A stretch of 64,000 nucleotides of DNA. Origin: Chiloscyllium plagiosum. Taxonomy: Eukaryota. The notes beneath the pieces were generated by a model. The model did not search any database and was not told the DNA's origin. It saw only the letters and a list, made by a program, of their open reading frames with translations. This document shows positions 62,001-64,000 of this stretch, piece after piece. Position 1 is the stretch's first letter. Each line of letters opens with the position of its first letter. The position numbers were made by a program, and so were the translations under genes. Where the stretch lies: assembly GCF_004010195.1 (NCBI RefSeq), contig NC_057718.1, positions 89,605,800 to 89,669,799 of the forward strand, given 5' to 3'.

Positions 62001-62803
62001 AACAAGATCTCTGTCCAGGTAAAGGTAGTGGGAACGCCATCAAAGCTGCAGGATCAATCAGAGTTCTTCCAGTAGAAGGTGACAGCAAGTAAGTAAAGGG
62101 TGAGGGATGGCAGGCGGGCACTTTAAGATCTATCATCAAAGATTCTGCAGCAGGGGCCATCACCCCGAGTGGCAGATCCTGTCGTCAGGGTAACGTGGGA
62201 CTGTTTCTGCACTGGGGCCTACCTCGAGGAACAGGCCCCTGTCAGCACATTGAGCTGGATAGCAACTGAAAAATCTCACCCTGGCATCTGATCCCAGTCC
62301 CAGAGAGAGCTGAAAATCTGAACTTCAGGCCCAAACACAACAGCAGCACAAAATGTCAGAAAAAACAAACGATAACGCAACGCATGTCATCTGCTTATCC
62401 GCTGGAAGGAGGTGTGAAGTGACACTCACTTTCCCACAGTGTAATGCACCCATTTCAGGAGAGCCTTCTTGGCACTGCCCTTGAATTTGGTGACGACCTT
62501 CCTCTTGGACGGGGGGCTCCCAGTCTCAGAGTTGGCAGTACTGTCCACGGAGGAGGTGCTGCCGGAAAGCGATGACAGCAGCGACAGATTACTGGTCAGC
62601 TCCTCGATCTGTGGGTTGGAAGAGAAACCATATTGAAAATAACACTGGTCCCAGAACACACAGCTGCTCAGTCAAAAATGGGGTGGTGTAAAGAGACCCA
62701 GAATTCCAACCTGGAAGTACAAGATGATGGTCCAGATCAAACCCAGCACAATCGATGGCCTCCCATCAACGATGTCAGTGGAATTGATGTTGACCAGTTT
62801 AAT
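1971..62803 (-). CDS. SYNE1: Nesprin-1-like gene, partial: 21 spliced coding exons (end of CH1, CH2, N-terminal spectrin repeats); extends beyond both window edges
   Basis: Exon peptides are colinear with the human nesprin-1 N-terminus as I recall it; all introns are GT-AG; phases join into one 3153-nt frame. Orthologue vs paralogue not resolved. Confidence 0.93.
2178..3325. repeat. Identical 226-bp direct repeat (2178-2403 and 3100-3325) flanking the sialyltransferase exon
   Basis: Base-by-base match at offset 922, including a private deletion relative to other HE1 copies. Confidence 0.92.
2571..2980 (-). CDS. ST6GALNAC5: Isolated alpha-2,6-sialyltransferase (GT29) exon with sialylmotif L, ST6GALNAC5-like; orphan exon inside a nesprin intron
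   Basis: 410 nt, tttcag|GCT...AG|gtacaa; [16 protein letters not shown]...[18 protein letters not shown]...[10 protein letters not shown]...FIFWGP...[12 protein letters not shown](R); no stops; no other ST6GALNAC exon seen in the window. Confidence 0.9.
5885..6108. mobile_element. Palindromic PLE-end insertion (family A), 11-bp TSD CTAGTGTAGAC
   Basis: Inverted arms; TSD at 5874-5884 and 6109-6119. Confidence 0.75.
6343..6560 (-). CDS. SYNE1: nesprin-1-like exon: [12 protein letters not shown]...[20 protein letters not shown](R)
   Basis: 218 nt, phase 0 to 2, tttcag|GAG...AG|gtaaca; resembles human ...IDSTYRKLMEDPDKWKDYTSR; not in the ORF track. Confidence 0.9.
7820..7893 (-). pseudogene. 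tRNA-Asn pseudogene (anticodon GTT mutated to ATT) with 3' trailer and T6 terminator
   Basis: Minus strand ...GTGCAATCAGTTAGTGCGTTTGGCTATTAACTGAAAGGCTGGTGGTTTGAGCCCACCCAAGGACG then GCTATCTTTTTT; matches vertebrate tRNA-Asn with many CpG-type changes. Confidence 0.85.
8396..8490. other. Assembly gap (95 N) inside a CR1 fragment
   Basis: N run with CR1 sequence on both sides. Confidence 0.99.
9013..9171 (-). CDS. SYNE1: nesprin-1-like exon: [16 protein letters not shown]...EELIVQHK
   Basis: 159 nt, tttcag|GAC...AAG|gtaagc. Confidence 0.93.
9733..9892. mobile_element. Tc1/mariner (pogo/Tigger-type) MITE
   Basis: TA-CAGAGGAACCTCGATTA...TAATCGAGGTTCCTCTG-TA. Confidence 0.9.
10640..11040 (+). 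mobile_element. HE1-type V-SINE with internal tandem expansion
   Basis: Head, V-domain, repeated GTTAGGTGGATTGG block. Confidence 0.85.
11201..11659. mobile_element. 459-bp palindrome of PLE-type termini with a hammerhead core in each arm
   Basis: Arms 11201-11419 and 11441-11659, 21-nt spacer. Confidence 0.85.
11240..11279 (-). ncRNA. Minimal type I hammerhead ribozyme motif
   Basis: CCA-CUGAAGA-U-GUUACCU-AGUA-GGGUGAC-GAAA-U-GUC-UGG: core, 7-bp stem II, CCA/UGG stem I. Confidence 0.6.
11910..12044 (-). CDS. SYNE1: nesprin-1-like exon: [34 protein letters not shown]...HKQWK
   Basis: 135 nt, tcccag|GAG...AAG|gtcagt; highly conserved segment. Confidence 0.95.
12121..12335. mobile_element. 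Palindromic PLE-end element (family B, GAAACGTTAACTC type); relatives at about 12845, 25560-25750, 35105, 38150, 41535-41750
   Basis: Inverted arms around ...GTTAACGTTTC...GAAACGTTAAC... Confidence 0.65.
13762..13940. repeat. Imperfect (GT)n microsatellite
   Basis: Direct reading. Confidence 0.9.
14780..15350 (-). mobile_element. CR1 LINE 3' fragment
   Basis: CR1 3' sequence with CTCTATGA-type tail. Confidence 0.85.
15473..15637 (-). CDS. SYNE1: nesprin-1-like exon: [25 protein letters not shown]...LLARHT
   Basis: 165 nt, cgacag|GAA...ACG|gtgaga. Confidence 0.92.
16650..17501 (+). mobile_element. CR1 LINE 3' fragment (decayed ORF2 C-terminus)
   Basis: [20 protein letters not shown] motif; stops and frameshifts. 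Confidence 0.88.
17502..18214 (+). mobile_element. Solo LTR (Gypsy-like) inserted in a CR1 tail
   Basis: TGTTATGA...TCATAACA termini, ACTG/GCTG 4-bp flanks, internal AATAAA; CR1 tail resumes after it. Confidence 0.8.
19254..19560. repeat. 49-bp G-rich tandem repeat, about 6 copies
   Basis: Unit starts at 19254, 19303, 19352. Confidence 0.9.
19773..19931 (-). CDS. SYNE1: nesprin-1-like exon: [10 protein letters not shown]...IQAAFQ
   Basis: 159 nt, atacag|GAA...CAG|gtgact. Confidence 0.92.
20017..20190 (-). CDS. SYNE1: nesprin-1-like exon: [25 protein letters not shown]...FKARHQ
   Basis: 174 nt, ctatag|GTT...CAG|gttggt. Confidence 0.92.
20337..21446. repeat. 33-bp minisatellite (AGTACTGAGGGAGTGCTGCACTGTCAGAGGGTC), about 33 copies
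   Basis: Direct reading; 11-aa periodicity in the ORF track. Confidence 0.95.
22120..22203 (-). pseudogene. Partial, internally deleted duplicate of nesprin exon 25075-25227 (pseudo-exon or alternative last exon)
   Basis: Reads [27 protein letters not shown] vs [11 protein letters not shown][[11 protein letters not shown]][15 protein letters not shown] acceptor retained. Confidence 0.8.
22240..22464. mobile_element. Tigger-type MITE
   Basis: TA-CAGGTTGTTCTG...CAGAACGGCCTG-TA. Confidence 0.75.
22724..22867 (-). CDS. SYNE1: nesprin-1-like exon: [20 protein letters not shown]...KDQLIK
   Basis: 144 nt, gtgcag|GTT...AAA|gtaagg. Confidence 0.93.
23763..24117 (+). mobile_element. 5'-truncated Tx1/L1-clade LINE 3' end, 13-bp TSD AAAAAGGGGAGTG, inside a short LTR-like element (about 23657-24243)
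   Basis: ORF2-like C-terminus [34 protein letters not shown]...*, A-rich tail, TSD at 23750-23762 and 24118-24130. Confidence 0.75.
25075..25227 (-). CDS. SYNE1: nesprin-1-like exon: [17 protein letters not shown]...VQDME
   Basis: 153 nt, ttgcag|TAC...GAG|gtacgt. Confidence 0.93.
26940..27104 (-). CDS. SYNE1: nesprin-1-like exon: [13 protein letters not shown]...[14 protein letters not shown]
   Basis: 165 nt, ttgaag|GAC...CAT|gtaggt. Confidence 0.95.
28709..28916. mobile_element. Tigger-type MITE (degenerate)
   Basis: TA-CAGCTTGCTCTGC...GCAGAACTGACTG-TA. Confidence 0.6.
29796..30107 (-). mobile_element. HE1-type V-SINE, full length (example of about 20 copies, e.g. near 2130, 6840, 26190, 27225, 35720, 38310, 39850-40610, 44140, 47160, 55145, 56065)
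   Basis: tRNA-like head GGGCGGCACGGTGGCACAGTGGTTAGC, V-domain TGTGTGGAGTTTGCACATTCTCCCCGTG, CR1-like tail. Confidence 0.9.
30238..30440 (-). CDS. SYNE1: nesprin-1-like exon: EERETV...[20 protein letters not shown]...LVKK
   Basis: 203 nt, ctgcag|CT...AAG|gtaaaa. Confidence 0.94.
30540..30636 (-). CDS. SYNE1: nesprin-1-like exon: [32 protein letters not shown]
   Basis: 97 nt, ctgcag|TCA...G|gtaacc. Confidence 0.92.
31055..31560 (+). mobile_element. CR1 LINE 3' fragment
   Basis: [17 protein letters not shown]...[11 protein letters not shown]. Confidence 0.88.
31647..31823 (-). mobile_element. PLE 3' end (family A) inserted in the first 23-bp repeat unit
   Basis: Flanked by ACCCTGTCA(A/G)TTTCT on both sides. 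Confidence 0.7.
31824..35106. repeat. 23-bp minisatellite (ACCCTGTCAGTTTCTCTCTGTCC)n, about 143 copies, first ~126 apparently perfect
   Basis: Direct reading; first deviation near 34732. Confidence 0.98.
36331..36499 (-). CDS. SYNE1: nesprin-1-like exon: [12 protein letters not shown]...[23 protein letters not shown]
   Basis: 169 nt, ccccag|G...ATT|gtgagg. Confidence 0.94.
37000..37710. mobile_element. Two old DeuSINE-like remnants in opposite orientation
   Basis: Deu-like core (GAGATCTTGCTGTGCAC..GCTGCC and its reverse CATTTGCGCACAGCAAGATCCCACA); recognised from memory. Confidence 0.5.
37987..38099 (-). CDS. SYNE1: nesprin-1-like exon: [37 protein letters not shown](R)
   Basis: 113 nt, tgccag|GAC...CG|gtgagt; frame not in the ORF track. 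Confidence 0.92.
39578..39742 (-). CDS. SYNE1: nesprin-1-like exon: [23 protein letters not shown]...RKLELHK
   Basis: 165 nt, cctcag|CTT...AAG|gtgagt. Confidence 0.94.
41952..42192. mobile_element. Palindromic PLE-end insertion (family A)
   Basis: Inverted arms; CTGATGAAGGACTCTTGCCCGAAACGTC near 42102. Confidence 0.75.
42515..42652 (-). CDS. SYNE1: nesprin-1-like exon: [10 protein letters not shown]...DGKLSLDQ...WERVSAR
   Basis: 138 nt, ctttag|TTG...AGG|gtgagt. Confidence 0.93.
43073..43388 (+). mobile_element. HE1-type V-SINE
   Basis: Head, V-domain and tail. Confidence 0.88.
44998..45105 (-). CDS. SYNE1: nesprin-1-like exon: [21 protein letters not shown]...LQERYE
   Basis: 108 nt, catcag|CGA...GAG|gtgggt. 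Confidence 0.9.
45630..46225 (+). mobile_element. Solo LTR, 4-bp TSD CTAT
   Basis: TG...CA termini, CTAT on both sides, AATAAA; similar to the element at 63602. Confidence 0.75.
47033..48071. mobile_element. pogo-type non-autonomous DNA transposon with nested SINE and PLE insertions
   Basis: Degenerate TIRs ATATACACTCGTGCAAAAGTCAA / TTGACTTTTACTCGAGTATATACGG, TA flanks. Confidence 0.6.
47892..48015 (+). mobile_element. Short PLE-end insertion (family A), 12-bp TSD CCAAAAATAGGG
   Basis: TSD at 47880-47891 and 48016-48027; begins within the hammerhead core. Confidence 0.8.
49077..49186 (-). CDS. SYNE1: nesprin-1-like exon (end of CH2): [24 protein letters not shown]...
   Basis: 110 nt, tacag|AT...GAG|gtaagt; not in the ORF track. 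Confidence 0.95.
49534..50630. repeat. 51/52-bp minisatellite (GGTGACAGCCAGTGACAGGAGTGGAACAGGGTGGTGGCCTAGCACAGAGCGT), about 21 copies
   Basis: Unit starts at 49534, 49586...; degenerate at the right end. Confidence 0.95.
51310..52190 (-). mobile_element. CR1 LINE 3' fragment
   Basis: [21 protein letters not shown]...LRGDLIEV. Confidence 0.88.
52720..53476 (+). mobile_element. HE1-type V-SINE interrupted by a minus-strand CR1 end (about 53003-53426)
   Basis: SINE tail resumes after the CR1 piece. Confidence 0.82.
53830..54262 (+). mobile_element. CR1 LINE 3' end
   Basis: [24 protein letters not shown]...[14 protein letters not shown]. Confidence 0.88.
54992..55027 (+). ncRNA. Minimal type I hammerhead ribozyme motif in a PLE end (insertion 54978-55087, TSD CTAAAGGAG)
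   Basis: CUGAUGA-A-GGGC-UUCU-GCCC-GAAA-C-GUC; palindromic ACGU at stem III. Confidence 0.65.
55229..55264 (+). ncRNA. Minimal type I hammerhead ribozyme motif in a PLE end (insertion 55230-55355, TSD CCTATATTTACCAT)
   Basis: CUGAAGA-A-GGGC-UCAU-GCCC-GAAA-C-GUC. Confidence 0.65.
57244..57440 (-). CDS. SYNE1: nesprin-1-like exon (CH2): [19 protein letters not shown]...[10 protein letters not shown]
   Basis: 197 nt, ttgaag|G...G|gtacct. Confidence 0.95.
58143..58361. mobile_element. Palindromic PLE-end insertion (family A), 15-bp TSD GAATCCACACCCTGA
   Basis: TSD at 58128-58142 and 58362-58376. Confidence 0.8.
58777..59000. mobile_element. Palindromic PLE-end insertion (family A), about 14-bp TSD
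   Basis: TTTAAAAGTCAAGG / TTTAAAAATCAAGG flanks; inverted arms. Confidence 0.7.
59370..60525. mobile_element. Nested CR1 fragments (plus-strand copy about 59761-60340 inside a minus-strand copy)
   Basis: CR1 C-terminal peptides on both strands. Confidence 0.8.
60795..61106 (-). mobile_element. HE1-type V-SINE, full length
   Basis: Closely similar to 29796-30107. Confidence 0.9.
61570..61877. repeat. Purine-rich (GA/GATA/GACA) low-complexity tract
   Basis: Direct reading. Confidence 0.85.
62430..62608 (-). CDS. SYNE1: nesprin-1-like exon: IEELTSNL...SPPSKRKVV...[13 protein letters not shown]
   Basis: 179 nt, cacag|ATC...AA|gtgagt; Ser-rich CH1-CH2 linker typical of nesprin-1. Confidence 0.95.
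62711..62803 (-). CDS. SYNE1: nesprin-1-like exon (end of CH1): [31 protein letters not shown]
   Basis: 93 nt, ttacag|ATT...CAG|gttgga; calponin-homology motif. Confidence 0.95.
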
Positions 62804-62967
62804 CTGTAAGAAAAATGCAGCTTGTTTTCAACATCCCATTGTGTAATTCACAAATCCTCCACAGAGTGAACTTAATACATCATACCATAACTTCCGTCTT
62901 TATCAAACTCATCTCCATGACTGCTATCTTTGCTCCTTCACACACCAATGAGCTCCGATGGAAGTAG

Positions 62968-63350
62968 TTGGAGGCTGAGAGCTGAGGTTTACAAAATCAC
63001 TAGGGACATGGATAGGGTGAACAGACAAGGCCTTTTCCCCAGGGTAGGGGAGGCCAAAACTAGAGGGAATAGGTTTAAAGTGGGAGGGGCAAGATTTAAA
63101 ACGAACCTATGTTTTTACTCAGATGGTGGTGTGTGTATGAAATGAGCTGCCAGAGGAAGTGGTGGAGGCTGGTACAATCACAGCAATTAAAAGGCATCTG
63201 GATGGGTACATGCACAAGAAGGGTTTAGAGGGATACGGGCCAAGTGCTGGCAAGTGCGACTAGATTACTTTAGGATATCTGGTTAGCATGGACAAGTTGG
63301 ACCAAAGGGTCTGTTTCTGAGCTGTACGTCTCTATGACCCCATGACTCTA
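62968..63350 (+). mobile_element. CR1 LINE 3' end
   Basis: [30 protein letters not shown] tail. Confidence 0.85.
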
Positions 63351-63601
63351 GGAAATGGTCTTGCCTCCTCTGGCCATTGTTAAAAAATAGAATGAAACAC
63401 TGTTCATTTACATAGCACCATTAGCAACATCAGGACATCCCAAATGACTTCGCTACCAATGAGGTAAACTGTCCCGCTGCCCACCCACAAGGTGAATGTG
63501 AGGGATCCCATGGAATCCTACAGGGGAGATCAGTCCGGTCACCTCGCAAATTACTTCATTAGAAGTCTTAATTTAATTGTTGTTTGTGGAAGTTTTACTG
63601 A

Positions 63602-64000
63602 TGTGACGATGCTGTGGTTTTAAGAGGGGCGTTTTGTCCTGGTTTATTTTACAGAGAGAGTGAGGAACAGGCGCTGAGCAGCTCTGAGAAGATAAACAGC
63701 TTACAACGTCTTGGGTGTTTTTCAGTCAGAACAATAGAAGCAGCCTGAATGGGTGTGGTCGAGTGCTCACAGAACCAGAATTTCTGGTTGCTCTCGCGGT
63801 CTTGAAGGGGTGGAAGCTATTTTTTCTCTCTCTCATTTACAGCCAAAACTGAGTGTTCTCTGCCTGCTATGGGAGTCGCATGTGAGACAATCTGTTTTCT
63901 GAATTTGCCTTTTGCCAAGGGTGTGCTTATGAGATGTTACTAGATTGGAACAGTTAATTAGTAATAGGTCCTGTATCTATTACGTTGTCAAGTTTTTCAA
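63602..64000 (+). mobile_element. LTR of the same family as 45630-46225, cut by the window end
   Basis: Shared TGTGA(C/T)GAT..CTGTGG.TTTAAGAG start and GAGACAATCTG...TTGGAACAGTTAATTAGTAA block. Confidence 0.7.

Noticed and set aside
62609..62710. 102-nt (3n) intron as a retained in-frame intron
   Set aside because: Contains an in-frame TGA.

Overview
Eukaryotic (vertebrate) genomic DNA, almost certainly from a shark or ray: it is dense in HE1-type V-SINEs, CR1/HER1-like LINE ends, DeuSINE remnants and Penelope-like element (PLE) ends. The whole window lies inside one minus-strand nesprin-1 (SYNE1-like) gene. I traced 21 consecutive GT-AG coding exons from 62803 down to 1971. They total 3153 nt (1051 codons) with continuous phase and encode the end of CH1, CH2 and the first spectrin repeats; the gene continues beyond both window edges. 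The most striking anomaly is an intact 410-nt sialyltransferase exon (ST6GALNAC5-like, 2571-2980). It sits inside a nesprin intron on the same strand, between two identical 226-bp SINE segments. Its splice phases (0 to 2) equal those of the neighbouring nesprin exon, so it could act as an in-frame swap exon or as a poison exon. Other notable items are an internally deleted copy of a nesprin exon that could be an alternative last exon, many short PLE-derived insertions carrying minimal hammerhead-ribozyme cores (often as palindromes), a tRNA-Asn/CR1 chimera, a stop-free 99-nt intron and several minisatellites. All homology calls come from my recollection of family sequences; no database search was run.
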